Shown: piece by piece, positions 1 through 13,409 of the stretch
Numbering within the stretch: position 1 is the stretch's first letter
Layout of the letters: every line of letters starts with the position of its first letter
From: Pseudomonadota bacterium
GTDB taxonomy: Bacteria > Pseudomonadota > Gammaproteobacteria > UBA6429 > Thiohalophilaceae
Length of the DNA: 51,925 nt
Direction: 5' to 3'
Assembly: GCA_022340685.1 (NCBI GenBank)
Contig: JAJDNN010000049.1
Span: 1-51,925 of the forward strand
Position numbers and translations under genes: made by a program
The notes under the pieces: model-generated
Told to the model about the DNA's origin: nothing
Database searches by the model: none
The model's input: only the letters and a program-made list of their open reading frames with translations

Positions 1-1142
1 AGTTGCGGCAGGCGTTCATAACTGGCAGTGCCATTGATGGTCTGGTAAGCCTGGACATTGGTCGTGAAATCCCAGTTTACGGTGCCATAGCTGACCTTGC
101 CTTGTTGGAGCAGATTGGTGGTGCTGGTGGCGTTGAGGCTGTTGCCAAAATCATCGAACCACTGGGTGTCACTGACCTTGCCGTAATCAATCAGGGTGCT
201 CCAGCCAGTCCAGGGATTACCAGTATGCTGCCAGCGGGCGGCGTAACGCTGTTCGTCGGTTACCTTGTCCCGGTTCAGGTAATCAAAATTCATCATGCCG
301 TTATTGATGCTGTGCAGATAGCGAAACTCGGTCTCCAGCATGTTGCCACGCTGGCTCATGAACCAGGGCGTAAAGGTGGCGTCATAATTGGGTGCAATGT
401 TCCAGTAGAACGGGACCTTCAGCTGGGCACCAAGATTGTCCGAGTTGCCAAAGCTGGGGAATAGAAAGCCGGTGAGCCGTTCGTCACCGATGGGAAAGCG
501 GATATACGGTAAATAGAACACGGGTATATCCTGCACCCTCATCACGACCGAACTGGCGGTACCCTGCTGAGAGGCCTGGTCGAGGGTAATGGTGCTGGCG
601 CTCAGCAGCCAGGTCGGGTCCTTGGGATCGCAGGTGGTATAGGTAGCTGATTCCAGTCCCATCACATCCTTGTTGCGCATCTCCAGTTTGTCCGCCTTGC
701 CGTTGGCGTGTTCCGTGGTGAAGTAGGCAGCGTTGCTGACCGTTGCCGTATCCTGCTGCAGATTCGCATGAATCTCCGAACCGAATATCAGCAGGCCAGG
801 GCCGAGCAGGCGGATGTTTCCTTCGGCATCGAGCAATCCGCGGGTAGCTTCGTAACGGGCATGATCCGCTTCCAGTTGCAGGTTACGGCGGCGCAGGATT
901 ACCGCGCCGCTGAACTCAGAGGCTGCCTCATGCACCAGGGTGGCCTGATCGGCCTGAATGTAAACCTGATCATCGCCACTGTCGGGTACCACGGGGATAG
1001 GCGGAAACAGGGCGGCATCGCATAAATCGTTGTTGGTAGACCAAAGCGGGGGCCGGACCGCCGCTTCCTGGGCGATCACACCTTTTCCGCTGCCAATCAG
1101 CAAGACAGCAATCAGGGAAGGGACGATGCGCGCAGTGGGCAT
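1..1142 (-). CDS. lptD: LPS-assembly outer-membrane protein LptD, N-terminal part (gene runs off the left edge)
   Basis: Absent from the ORF track because no stop lies inside the window. Reverse-strand ATG at 1142-1140, and the frame stays open down to position 3. Hand translation gives MPTARIVPSLIAVLLIGSGKGVIAQEAAV (signal peptide), then GDDQVYIQADQATLVHEA, then DERLTGFLFPSFGNSDNLGAQLKVPFYWNIAPNYDATFTPWFMSQRG. These are conserved LptD/OstA motifs. The gene is divergent from amgK-murU, as in Pseudomonas. Confidence 0.85.
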   Translation of the reverse strand, partial: MPTARIVPSLIAVLLIGSGKGVIAQEAAVRPPLWSTNNDLCDAALFPPIPVVPDSGDDQVYIQADQATLVHEAASEFSGAVILRRRNLQLEADHARYEATRGLLDAEGNIRLLGPGLLIFGSEIHANLQQDTATVSNAAYFTTEHANGKADKLEMRNKDVMGLESATYTTCDPKDPTWLLSASTITLDQASQQGTASSVVMRVQDIPVFYLPYIRFPIGDERLTGFLFPSFGNSDNLGAQLKVPFYWNIAPNYDATFTPWFMSQRGNMLETEFRYLHSINNGMMNFDYLNRDKVTDEQRYAARWQHTGNPWTGWSTLIDYGKVSDTQWFDDFGNSLNATSTTNLLQQGKVSYGTVNWDFTTNVQAYQTINGTASYERLPQ

Positions 1143-1246
1143 GGTTGGTGGTTATTTTTCTGATTATTTGTACAGGTGTGAAAGCATTATACATGGCGCA
1201 GGTCAGGCTGCTTGCGGGTCACGGGGATGTATAATGCTGTTGATTC

Positions 1247-4356
<3,110 letters not shown>

Positions 4357-4369
<13 letters not shown>

Positions 4370-5382
4370 CAGAACACGACATGCTGACAATTTATGACCA
4401 ATTACCGGACGGTCTGCTGGACTGTGATGCACGTCACCTGCATGAAATATTGCCGGGGCCGAGCCTGATCCATTTGCCAGGCCTGCACCCGGAAGCCCTG
4501 TTTGTTTCCGTGTTGCTACACGGCAATGAAACAACCGGCTGGGATGCTGTCCGGGAACTGCTTCGCAAGTATCAACGTCGCGGTCTGCCCCGTGCCATGT
4601 GCCTGTTCATCGGCAATGTTGAGGCGGCGCGTCACGCGCAACGGCACCTGCCTGGCCAACCGGACTACAACCGGATCTGGACAGCCGACGAGGCCACGCC
4701 CGAGCATCGTATGGCGCAGCACCTGTTGGGGGAACTGGCGCGGCTGGACCTGTTTGCCGCGGTGGATGTGCACAACAACACCGGCAAGAATCCTCACTAC
4801 GCCTGCGTCAACCGGCTGGAACCTGATTATTTGCACCTGGCCAGCCTGTTCAGCCGTACCGTTGTGTATTTCATCAAGCCGGATACGGTGATGTCCATGG
4901 CGATGGCGCAGTTTTGTCCCGCGGTGACCATCGAATGCGGTCAGCCGGGTGTGCCGCAAGGTATGTTACATGTGCTGGAATTCATCGATGCCTGTCTGCA
5001 TCTGGATCATTTTCCGGACCACCCGGTGGCGGCAAAGGAGCTGGATCTGTTTCACACGGTGGCCACCGTCAAGATCCCGCTGCAGCTCGAATTCGGCTTT
5101 GGTGAACAGGGTGGCGATCTGTGCCTGCTGCCGGATATTGATCGGCTCAATTTCAATGAGCTGCCGGCCGGGACGGCCTTTGGCCAGGTGCGGGAGGCAG
5201 ATTTCATGCCCTTTGACGTACGCGACGAACAGGGTCGGGAAGCCAGTCAGCGCTATTTCGAGATTAATGATCGCTGGGTCCAGACGCGAGTACCGGTAAT
5301 GCCGTCCATGCTGACCCTGGATCTGGATGTGATCCGGCAAGACTGTCTGTGTTATCTGATGGAACGCCTGGCGCTGACCTGA
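4357..5382 (+). CDS. Succinylglutamate desuccinylase/aspartoacylase-like (M14-type) zinc hydrolase
   Basis: 341 aa. HGNETTGWDAV (HxxE zinc site) and AVDVHNNTG (distal His) are typical of the AstE/AspA branch of M14-like hydrolases. The start overlaps the preceding stop by 13 nt. An alternative ATG lies at 4381. Confidence 0.7.
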
Positions 5383-5400
5383 GTGTGGTGCCGGACTAGA

Positions 5401-6168
5401 TCAATAGCGTAGCTTGTACCAGGCGATACCCAGGAGTTCGTGCAGCACAAAATAGTTGTTACGCAAGGCCTCGATGCTGGGCAGAAACTCCATCAGTAGA
5501 GGGGCATCCCCCCGCTGGCCCATAAAGCCGGTGGGTGCCGGGATAACTTCCAGCCCATTGGCCTCGAAGGCCATACGAGCGCGCGGCATATGGAACGCGG
5601 TGGTGACCAGATAAATGCGCTGCACACCAGCCGGTTTCAGAATGGCTGCGGACAGGCGGGCGTTTTCCCAGGTATTGCGGGATTCACTTTCCACCCAGCG
5701 CACCGGTACACCGTAATCCTTTTGCAGTGTGTCACGCATGAGTTGCGCTTCGCCCGAATGCTCGCTGGCGAACACCGTGCCGCCGGTGACCAGCAGCGGC
5801 AGATGCAACTGACGCTGCAGCCAGGCGCCATAACGGACCCGCTCCAGGGTTGCCTTCGACAGGGTGTCCTGACCGCCGTATTCCGGGGCATCGATATTGC
5901 GTCCGCCCGCCAGGATCACGATGGCCTGCGCGTTCAGATAGTGAAGATCCTTTGATGTCAGGGCGCGATCCCCTTCCAGCAGACCAGCATTAAAATTGGC
6001 CACCAGCGGCGTACTTAGTAGGACCAGCAGGGTAAAGCCGGAAAACACCAGGAATTTGCCGGTGAACGGGAAACGCCGCGCCAGGATGTAGCCCAGCAGC
6101 ATCAGCAGGATGACATTGCCTGGTGGTAGCAGGAATATCTGGATTACTTTGGTCAGCAGGATATCCAT
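5401..6168 (-). CDS. DUF218 (YdcF/ElyC-like) envelope protein
   Basis: Track ORF trimmed to the internal ATG giving MDILLTKVIQIFLLPPGN, which removes the overlap with lipA. N-terminal TM helices are followed by AIVILAGGRN and TTAFHMPRA, both typical of DUF218. Confidence 0.75.
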   Translation of the reverse strand: MDILLTKVIQIFLLPPGNVILLMLLGYILARRFPFTGKFLVFSGFTLLVLLSTPLVANFNAGLLEGDRALTSKDLHYLNAQAIVILAGGRNIDAPEYGGQDTLSKATLERVRYGAWLQRQLHLPLLVTGGTVFASEHSGEAQLMRDTLQKDYGVPVRWVESESRNTWENARLSAAILKPAGVQRIYLVTTAFHMPRARMAFEANGLEVIPAPTGFMGQRGDAPLLMEFLPSIEALRNNYFVLHELLGIAWYKLRY

Positions 6169-6190
6169 TCCGGATGGGCAGGCCTGTGGG

Positions 6191-7162
6191 CTAGATTTTC
6201 TCTCCGGCGGCCTGTTTATCGGCGTGATAGGAGGATCGGACCATCGGGCCACTGGCAACATTACTGAAGCCGAGCGCGTAGCCCAGTGTTTCCAGTTCCG
6301 CGAATTCTTCCGGCGTCACATAACGGCTGACCGGCAGGTGATGGCGGCTTGGCTGCAGGTACTGGCCCAGGGTCAGCATGTCACAGTCATGTTGGCGAAG
6401 ATCGCGCATGACCTCCGCCACTTCCTGCAAGGTTTCACCCAGCCCCAGCATCAGGCCCGATTTGGTGGGCCGGTCAGGTTGCCGTTGTTTGAACGATTGC
6501 AGCAATTGCAGGGAGCCGTGGAAGTCGGCGCCGGGCCGGGACTGGCGATAGAGTCGAGGCACAGTTTCCAGGTTGTGATTGAACACGTCCGGCGGCGTGG
6601 CTGCCAGGATGTCCAGTGCGATCTCGGCCCGACCACGAAAATCCGGCACCAGGATCTCGATACCGGTTTGCGGGCTGTGCTGCCGGGTGGCCGTGATGCA
6701 GGCGGCAAAATGGCCGGCGCCACCATCACGCAGGTCGTCCCGATCCACCGAGGTGATGACCACGTAGTTCAGTTGCATGGCGTGGATGGTGCGCGCCATG
6801 TTGTCGGGTTCCGCGGTATCCAGGGGTCCGGGCCGGCCGTGGGCAACGTCACAAAATGGACACCGCCGCGTGCAGATGTCGCCCATGATCATGAAGGTGG
6901 CGGTGCCATGCCCGAAGCACTCGCCGATATTCGGGCAGGCGGCTTCTTCACAGACCGTGTACAGGTTCTGCTGGCGCAAGATCTTTTTAAGCCGGGCTAC
7001 CGCCGGGGTGTTGGGTGCGCGGGCGCGGATCCAGCGCGGTTTGGCCAGCGGCACCGCCGGCTGAACGACCTTGACCGGGATACGGGCGGTTTTCGATTCG
7101 CCTTTCAGGGGATTGGCCGGGCGGGGCAGAACTTCATCCGGGACTTCGGTGGGTTTGGTCAT
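6191..7162 (-). CDS. lipA: Lipoyl synthase
   Basis: Radical-SAM CxxxCxxC (CTRRCPFC) plus [12 protein letters not shown]. Trimmed to the ATG at 7162-7160 ([10 protein letters not shown]), 2 nt after the lipB stop. Confidence 0.95.
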   Translation of the reverse strand: MTKPTEVPDEVLPRPANPLKGESKTARIPVKVVQPAVPLAKPRWIRARAPNTPAVARLKKILRQQNLYTVCEEAACPNIGECFGHGTATFMIMGDICTRRCPFCDVAHGRPGPLDTAEPDNMARTIHAMQLNYVVITSVDRDDLRDGGAGHFAACITATRQHSPQTGIEILVPDFRGRAEIALDILAATPPDVFNHNLETVPRLYRQSRPGADFHGSLQLLQSFKQRQPDRPTKSGLMLGLGETLQEVAEVMRDLRQHDCDMLTLGQYLQPSRHHLPVSRYVTPEEFAELETLGYALGFSNVASGPMVRSSYHADKQAAGEKI

Positions 7163-7164
7163 GA

Positions 7165-7830
7165 TCAGGGTTCGGCGGGTGCAAGTATCGGCGCATTGTA
7201 GCCCAGATGGCCCAGCAGGTGTTCGACCAGCCGCGCCCGTATTTCCGGTAACGGCGCCTCGATGCCCAGATCCCGGCACCGGGTCACGGCCTGGCCCGCA
7301 TAGCCACAGGGGTTGATGCGGGAAAAGGGTTCCAGCTCGAGATCCACGTTGAAAGCCAGACCATGATAACTGCGGCCATGGCGGATACGCAGCCCCAGCG
7401 CGGCGATCTTTGCCTTGTCCACATACACCCCCGGGGCGTCCTTGCGTCCTTCGGCCGGGATGCCGAAATCCTGTAACACGTCGATCACCGCCTGTTCCAT
7501 GCTACGCACCAGTGCCTTTACCCCCATGTGTCGCCGTTCCAGGTCCAACAGGGTATAGATCACAATCTGGCCCGGACCGTGATAGGTCACCTGGCCGCCC
7601 CGATCGACCTGTAGCACCGGTATTCGCCCCGCGGCGAGAACGTGCTCCGGTTTGGCGTTGAGACCCAGGGTAAAAATCGGGGGGTGTTCCACCAGCCACA
7701 GTTCGTCCGTTGTTTCAGCGCCGCGGCTGGCGGTAACAGCCTGCATGTCCCGCCATACCGGTTCATAGCTACGCTGACCCAGCTGGCGAATGATGATGGC
7801 AGAGGGATCGGTGCGCATCGGGCTTGGCAT
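7165..7830 (-). CDS. lipB: Octanoyltransferase
   Basis: 221 aa with [25 protein letters not shown] and PCG motifs. Lies immediately upstream of lipA. Confidence 0.9.
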   Translation of the reverse strand: MPSPMRTDPSAIIIRQLGQRSYEPVWRDMQAVTASRGAETTDELWLVEHPPIFTLGLNAKPEHVLAAGRIPVLQVDRGGQVTYHGPGQIVIYTLLDLERRHMGVKALVRSMEQAVIDVLQDFGIPAEGRKDAPGVYVDKAKIAALGLRIRHGRSYHGLAFNVDLELEPFSRINPCGYAGQAVTRCRDLGIEAPLPEIRARLVEHLLGHLGYNAPILAPAEP

Positions 7831-7908
7831 CAGTCAGAGAGGGGATAAGGGTGGTGGTTGACGGGCATTATAGTCCAGGCGAGAGGGACGGTCCCTTATA
7901 CCGGTTTT

Positions 7909-8172
7909 TTAAAGTGTCATCACCACTGCCTCATGGGCATTGAGGTCAAGGTAAATGTTGTCGAGTTGTTGCTTGCTGGTGGCGGTCAGTGTGACTGTAA
8001 TTGCAAGATAGTTCCCTTTGCTGCTGGCGTTACGGCGCACCGCGCCATCCTTCAGATCTGGCGCATGGTTGCGGACAATGGCGATGATTTCATCTTCCAG
8101 CGTGTCACTGCGGCGGCCCATGATCTTGATGGGGAATTCGCAGGGGAAGGTTAGCAGGGTGTCTTCGCTCAT
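7909..8172 (-). CDS. ybeD: DUF493 / YbeD-family protein
   Basis: 87 aa with FPCEFPIKIMG. Conserved position upstream of lipB. Confidence 0.85.
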   Translation of the reverse strand: MSEDTLLTFPCEFPIKIMGRRSDTLEDEIIAIVRNHAPDLKDGAVRRNASSKGNYLAITVTLTATSKQQLDNIYLDLNAHEAVVMTL

Positions 8173-8227
8173 GGCGGGGATATGGGGCTCGGGCTAACCC
8201 GGTTCAAGCCCGGATCGCGCCCCAAGG

Positions 8228-9103
8228 TCACGCGGTCGTCCCGCTGCGCAGGGCCTGTTTGTAGTCCTGATAAAGGCGGTGCATATGCTGCCACACCGGG
8301 CCCGGTTTACCCGTTCCCACGGTTTTGCCATCGATGCGGGTGACGGGCAGGATTTCCTTGGTCGAGCTGGTGACCCAGATTTCGCTGGCGGATTGCAAGT
8401 CGGATTTTTTAATCACGGCTTCGCGGTAAGGCAGGCCGTGTTGCGTGGCCAGCTCGACCACCAGATCGCGCGTAATACCGGGTAACAGGCAATCGTCCTT
8501 GGGTGGCGTGACAATGACGCCCTCGCTGACGATGAACACATTACTGGCGGCCCCCTCGGTCACATCACCGGCGCGGATCAGGATGGCTTCAGCGGCACCC
8601 TGTTCGACGGCCTGCTGTCGTAACAGGATGTTGGGCAGCAGGGCGATGCTCTTGATATGACAATACTGCCAGCGAATATCGTCCAGCGTAATGGCGCTGA
8701 CGCCGTTTTGCAGCTGTTCGGCCGGCACCGGTGTGAACAGATTACTCATGATAAACACGCTGGGCATGGTGCTGCCGGGAAAGCGGTGGTCGCGTGCGGC
8801 CACTCCGCGAGTGACCTGTAGATAAATGGACTGATCACCACCATCATTTCGCTCGATGACGGTCTCGATCAGTTGCTGCCATTCGGCATCGCTGTGCGGG
8901 TTGTCAATGCGCACCGCGGCCATGCTGTTTTGGAGCCGCTGCAGGTGATGCGCGAGCCGGAAGGGTTTGCCGGCATACACCGGGATCACTTCGTACACCC
9001 CGTCGCCAAAGATGAAGCCCCGATCCAGCACCGGCACACAGGCCTCCTCCAGGGGTAGATAATTGCCGTTGAGATAGACGATTGAAGGAGACGGGTCAGT
9101 CAT
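8228..9103 (-). CDS. dat: D-amino-acid aminotransferase (fold-type IV PLP enzyme)
   Basis: 291 aa. It aligns by eye along its length with Bacillus Dat: DRGFIFGDGVYEVIPVY, YLQVTRG..RDHRFP, DIRWQYCHIKS, VTEGAASNVF and LPGITRD. Confidence 0.8.
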   Translation of the reverse strand: MTDPSPSIVYLNGNYLPLEEACVPVLDRGFIFGDGVYEVIPVYAGKPFRLAHHLQRLQNSMAAVRIDNPHSDAEWQQLIETVIERNDGGDQSIYLQVTRGVAARDHRFPGSTMPSVFIMSNLFTPVPAEQLQNGVSAITLDDIRWQYCHIKSIALLPNILLRQQAVEQGAAEAILIRAGDVTEGAASNVFIVSEGVIVTPPKDDCLLPGITRDLVVELATQHGLPYREAVIKKSDLQSASEIWVTSSTKEILPVTRIDGKTVGTGKPGPVWQHMHRLYQDYKQALRSGTTA

Positions 9104-9197
9104 GGTTTTATGCTACAGGTTGGTTTAACAGGGGAGTGAGAGCAGTGCGGGCTGCGAGAACGTCTACCGCATCGGCTTCCATCCCTTGCTTGCCTGG

Positions 9198-10361
9198 TTA
9201 CTGAAATTTCAGTTTTATCGTGTCTACCAAGCGGCGCCACAGGCTGCCTTCGGGGATAGATTCCAGCGCTATCAGGGGACGACTGGCAATTTCCGTATCA
9301 CCCAGCATGACATTTACCGTACCGTACGGTTGACCCTTTTGGGCCGGGGCAATCAAGGTGGTTTCGACGGTCATGTTGGCCTTGACCTTGTTACGCTGGC
9401 CGCGCGGGATGGTGATATACAGATCCTCCGCTGTGCCCAGTGGCAGCATTTCCTTTGCGCCTTTCCAGATCCGCATTTCCTTCATGGGCTTGTTGGCCGC
9501 GTGTAACAGGAAAGTTTCGTAAAAACGGAAACCGTAATTGAGCAGTTTGCGACTGGCGGTAGCGCGGGCCTTGTCTGACTTGGTGCCTACCACCACGGAA
9601 ATGAGCCGCATCTCGTCTTCCTTGGCCGAGGTGACGAGACAGTAACCGGCCGATTCGGTATGGCCGGTCTTGATGCCGTCAACCCGATCATCCAGCCACA
9701 ACAGGCGATTGCGGTTGAACTGACGAATGCTGTTATAGGTGTACTCCTTGACCTTGTACCAGGCATAGTGCTCCGGGAATTCCTCGATCAGTGCGCGGGA
9801 CAGGATCGCAAGGTCATGGGCCGTTGTGTAATGATCGTCATCCGGCCAGCCGGTACTATTGGTGAAATGCGTGCCTTTCATCCCGAGCGCCATCGCATAC
9901 TGGTTCATGAGCTGGACAAAGCCATCTTCGCTGCCAGCCACATGTTCTGCCAGTGCGACGCTGGCATCATTGCCGGACTGGATGATCATTCCTTTGAGCA
10001 GATCCTCGACCGAAACCAATTTGTTTACTTCGATGAACATGCGTGAACCTTTCATCTTCCACGCCTTCTCGCTGATGCGCACTTCATCCTGCAGACTGAT
10101 GCTGCCGTCAGCAATAGCATGCAGTACTGCGTAGGCGGTCATCATCTTGGTAAGACTCGCCGGCTCGATTCGCTCATTGCTGTTGTGTTTGGCCAATACC
10201 CTGCCACTTTGGTAATCCATCAGTAGCCAGGCACTGGCGTTGAGGGTCGGTGGCGTCGGGACGGTGACGGGTGCAGCGCCGGCCTGCAGGCTGCCAAGCA
10301 ACAGCCAGAATCCGGTGCACAGGGTAGCTATGCGTAGGGTAAATAGTCTGTAATTTTTCAT
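9198..10361 (-). CDS. dacC: D-alanyl-D-alanine carboxypeptidase (PBP5/6 class)
   Basis: Trimmed to MKNYRLFTLRI (signal peptide). Motifs SLTKMMT (SxxK), SGND (SxN) and KTGHT (KTG). Confidence 0.9.
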   Translation of the reverse strand: MKNYRLFTLRIATLCTGFWLLLGSLQAGAAPVTVPTPPTLNASAWLLMDYQSGRVLAKHNSNERIEPASLTKMMTAYAVLHAIADGSISLQDEVRISEKAWKMKGSRMFIEVNKLVSVEDLLKGMIIQSGNDASVALAEHVAGSEDGFVQLMNQYAMALGMKGTHFTNSTGWPDDDHYTTAHDLAILSRALIEEFPEHYAWYKVKEYTYNSIRQFNRNRLLWLDDRVDGIKTGHTESAGYCLVTSAKEDEMRLISVVVGTKSDKARATASRKLLNYGFRFYETFLLHAANKPMKEMRIWKGAKEMLPLGTAEDLYITIPRGQRNKVKANMTVETTLIAPAQKGQPYGTVNVMLGDTEIASRPLIALESIPEGSLWRRLVDTIKLKFQ

Positions 10362-10434
10362 GGGGCAATATTCTACCCGTTCGGGCAAAAAAAAACCTGA
10401 CCTGGTTCAATGGTCCTTATTCAATTGAAAGCGG

Positions 10435-11247
10435 TCAGTCGATAACGATGTGGGGCGGGGTGAATCCCTTCCGGGTCAGGGTCATGGCCAGCTCATCCGC
10501 TTCATCAACACTGGCCAGCGGGCCAATCCGCACCCGGTACAATTTCTCATTCGCGTTGTAGGCCGACTGGATGGTCAGGCGGGTAAACTGCCGGTGCAAT
10601 TTGTCGCGCAACTGTTCGGCATTGTGACGGCTTACAAAGGCGCCAACTTGCAAGTACAGCTGCATTTCGGCCTCGGTTGCACTCTCCTCGCTGGCAGTAC
10701 GAGGGACCTGGGACGGCATCGCGCCGGGACGCAGAACGGTCACCTCCACCATCCCGGTCCCGGTGTCAATGATGCCGAGTTTTTTGGCCGCCACATAGGA
10801 AAGATCGATCAGGCGGTTCTGGTGAAACGGACCGCGGTCGTTGACGCGCACTATCACTGACTTCCGGTTTTTCAGGTTGGTGACCCGTACATAGCTGGGC
10901 AGGGGCAAGGTCTTGTGGGCCGCAGACATGGCATACATGTCATAGGGCTCGCCACTGGATGTGCGATGGCCGTGAAACTTCTTGCCATACCAGGAAGCAA
11001 TGCCCCGTTCCGAATAGCCATCGGCCGAATTCAACACCGTATAACGACGGCCATAAACGGTGTAGGAATCCGGGTTGCCATATTTGCTGAGTGGCTCGTT
11101 CCGGGGCACGGCATCGGGCACCTGGCTGACATCAATGTCGCGGACCGGTGCGCTGTCGTGGCGCTGGCTGTAACGAGACGTGGAACAACCGGCCAGGAGC
11201 AGGCCGGGGACAAGCAGGATTAAGAATGTCTTGTTTCGATAGTTCAT
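10435..11247 (-). CDS. rlpA: Septal-ring lytic transglycosylase RlpA (DPBB plus C-terminal SPOR domain)
   Basis: Lipobox LLLAGCS. ASWYGKKFHGHRTSSGEPYD DPBB motif and a SPOR-like C-terminus. 4-nt overlap with mltB. Confidence 0.9.
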   Translation of the reverse strand: MNYRNKTFLILLVPGLLLAGCSTSRYSQRHDSAPVRDIDVSQVPDAVPRNEPLSKYGNPDSYTVYGRRYTVLNSADGYSERGIASWYGKKFHGHRTSSGEPYDMYAMSAAHKTLPLPSYVRVTNLKNRKSVIVRVNDRGPFHQNRLIDLSYVAAKKLGIIDTGTGMVEVTVLRPGAMPSQVPRTASEESATEAEMQLYLQVGAFVSRHNAEQLRDKLHRQFTRLTIQSAYNANEKLYRVRIGPLASVDEADELAMTLTRKGFTPPHIVID

Positions 11248-12260
11248 TGCTTCCCGGGTGATGATTCGCTGGCCAGCTTCATGCGGCGGGACTTAATGTC
11301 CTGGCTTAACTGATAGACTGCCATCGAATACAGCGCACTATGATTATAGCGGCTGATAACATAAAAGTTGTGCCACCCAACCCAGTATTCCGGGCCGTCG
11401 CGGCCGTCCAGTTTGATCAGACTCCCTTTCAGATCCGGTGACAGGCCCTTGGGCAGAATGACGCCGTTGTCCATCAGTTGCTGCGGGGTGTAGCGTGGGG
11501 TCAGATCGCCGTCCAGAAGTTGCTTGTAACGTTCACCGTGGACCTTGACCGGAACGACGACAGGTTCGCCCGGTTGCCAGCGATGTTGTTTGAAATAATT
11601 GGCCACGCTACCAATTACATCGGCATTATCGGTCCACAGGTTACGTTTGCCGTCATTGTCAAAGTCCACCGCGTAGCGGCGGAAACTACTGGGAATGAAC
11701 TGAGGCATGCCCATAGCACCGGCATAGGAGCCGAGTTGTCCAGCCGGGGCCAAACCCTCTTCACGTGCCATAAGCAGATATTCCGTGAGCTCCTTGCGGA
11801 AAAACTGACTGCGTGGCGGATAGGCAAAGGCCAGGGTGGACAGCGCATCGAGTACCCGGTAGTTACCGGAGTTCTTACCGTAGCGGGTTTCCACTCCGAT
11901 GATCGCGATCAGGATTTCTTCCGGCACACCGTAGATTTGTTTGGCTCTGGTCAGAGTGGCGGCGTTGTTTTTCCAGAACTCGACACCGCCGCGACTGCGA
12001 TCGGCAGTCAGGAAAATCAGTCGGTATTCATACCAGGGTTTGCTTTCTGCGGGTCGCGAAATGGCATCCAGAATGCTTTGCTGGATCCGCGCTTGTTGAA
12101 ACAGTTGCTGTAATTGTTTGGCATTGAATTTGTGCTGCCGGGCCATTTCTTCAACAAACTGGTTCACCACAGCAGTATCCGGTTGCCGAGTTTCTGCCAG
12201 GGCAGTTCCACTCACAAGGAAGATCAACAGCAAGAGGGGGCGATACATCATAGGAGTCAC
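11244..12260 (-). CDS. mltB: Lytic murein transglycosylase B
   Basis: 338 aa with a signal peptide. GVETRYG, GAMGMPQFIPSSF and RYNHSALYSMAV motifs of the MltB/SltB family. Confidence 0.9.
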   Translation of the reverse strand: MTPMMYRPLLLLIFLVSGTALAETRQPDTAVVNQFVEEMARQHKFNAKQLQQLFQQARIQQSILDAISRPAESKPWYEYRLIFLTADRSRGGVEFWKNNAATLTRAKQIYGVPEEILIAIIGVETRYGKNSGNYRVLDALSTLAFAYPPRSQFFRKELTEYLLMAREEGLAPAGQLGSYAGAMGMPQFIPSSFRRYAVDFDNDGKRNLWTDNADVIGSVANYFKQHRWQPGEPVVVPVKVHGERYKQLLDGDLTPRYTPQQLMDNGVILPKGLSPDLKGSLIKLDGRDGPEYWVGWHNFYVISRYNHSALYSMAVYQLSQDIKSRRMKLASESSPGKQ

Positions 12261-12269
12261 ATCAGGTAT

Positions 12270-13409
12270 TCAGGTTGAGATCAATTTACGGTGGGTCTGG
12301 ATTGACATAAGGATACCGAATCCGGCCAACAGGGTCACGATGGATGTTCCACCATAACTGAGCAGCGGTAATGGCACACCCACTACCGGCAAAAGGCCAG
12401 ATACCATTCCCATATTAACAAATATGTAGACAAAGAAAGTCAGCGTAATACTCCCGGCCAATAATCGGCAAAAGGTGTCCTGGGCTTGAGCCGAGATGTA
12501 CAACCCGCGCCAGACCACAAACAGATACAGGCCCAGCAGGATCAATAGCCCCAGGAATCCGAATTCCTCCGAGAACACGGCGAAAATGAAATCGGTTGAG
12601 CGTTCCGGCAGAAAGTCCAGGTGAGACTGGGTCCCGTTCAACCAGCCCTTGCCATACATCCCGCCCGAGCCAATAGCGATCTTGGACTGTCTGATGTGAT
12701 AGCCGGCGCCGAGGGGATCGATATCCGGATTCAGGAAGGTGAGAACCCGGCGGCGCTGGTAGTCGTGCAGCAGATAAATCCACACTACGGGCGTGACCGC
12801 TGCGAACAGCGTGAACACCGTGGCAATCAGCCGAAAGCCCAGTCCCGCCAGCCACAGGACGAAGATACTGGCGCTGGCGATGAGCAGGGCGGTCCCCAGA
12901 TCCGGTTGCTTGGCAATCAGCAGGGTGGGGATGAGCAGGATCACGGCGGCAATGAAAATGCGTACGCGGTTCGGTGGCAGCGGCGCTTCAGCAAGATACC
13001 AGGCCAGCATCATGGGTACTGCCAGCTTCATGATTTCCGAGGGTTGAAAGCGCAGCACGCCGAGATCCAGCCAGCGTTGTGCCCCCTTGCCGATTTCGCC
13101 ACCGATGAGCACTGCAACCAGCATCAATAGCCCGATGCCGAATAGCCAGGGTGACCAGAACTGAATGGTGGACGGTGATAGCTGGGCGATCACAAACATG
13201 ACCGCAAAAGCCAGCGCCAGTCGCAGTCCCTGGCGGATGACCAGATCCAGGTTTTCATCGCCAGCGCTGTACAGAATGAACAGCCCGGCCGCGGCCAGCA
13301 ACAACAGTCCGACCAACAGGGGTAGATCGATATGCAGCCGTTGCAGAATGCGTCGTCCGGCACTGATCCGGGTCGCATCGGCAAATTCGGGTTGGGAGCT
13401 CAGGCTCAT
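12270..13409 (-). CDS. rodA: Peptidoglycan glycosyltransferase RodA (SEDS)
   Basis: 379-aa polytopic membrane protein. FQPSEIMKL, TDFIFAVFSEEFGF and LPLLSYGGTS are SEDS signatures. Confidence 0.95.
   Translation of the reverse strand: MSLSSQPEFADATRISAGRRILQRLHIDLPLLVGLLLLAAAGLFILYSAGDENLDLVIRQGLRLALAFAVMFVIAQLSPSTIQFWSPWLFGIGLLMLVAVLIGGEIGKGAQRWLDLGVLRFQPSEIMKLAVPMMLAWYLAEAPLPPNRVRIFIAAVILLIPTLLIAKQPDLGTALLIASASIFVLWLAGLGFRLIATVFTLFAAVTPVVWIYLLHDYQRRRVLTFLNPDIDPLGAGYHIRQSKIAIGSGGMYGKGWLNGTQSHLDFLPERSTDFIFAVFSEEFGFLGLLILLGLYLFVVWRGLYISAQAQDTFCRLLAGSITLTFFVYIFVNMGMVSGLLPVVGVPLPLLSYGGTSIVTLLAGFGILMSIQTHRKLIST

Noticed and set aside
3-464. 153-aa + strand ORF at the left edge (also 708..1025 + and 970..1194 -)
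   Set aside because: It lies antisense or out of frame to a much better supported reverse-strand LptD reading frame, which stays open from 1142 to the window edge. It has the composition typical of shadow ORFs in GC-rich DNA.
6110-7201. 363-aa + strand ORF
   Set aside because: It is fully antisense to lipA, whose radical-SAM motifs are unambiguous. The sequence is Arg/Gly/Ala-rich and low in complexity, with no recognisable domain.
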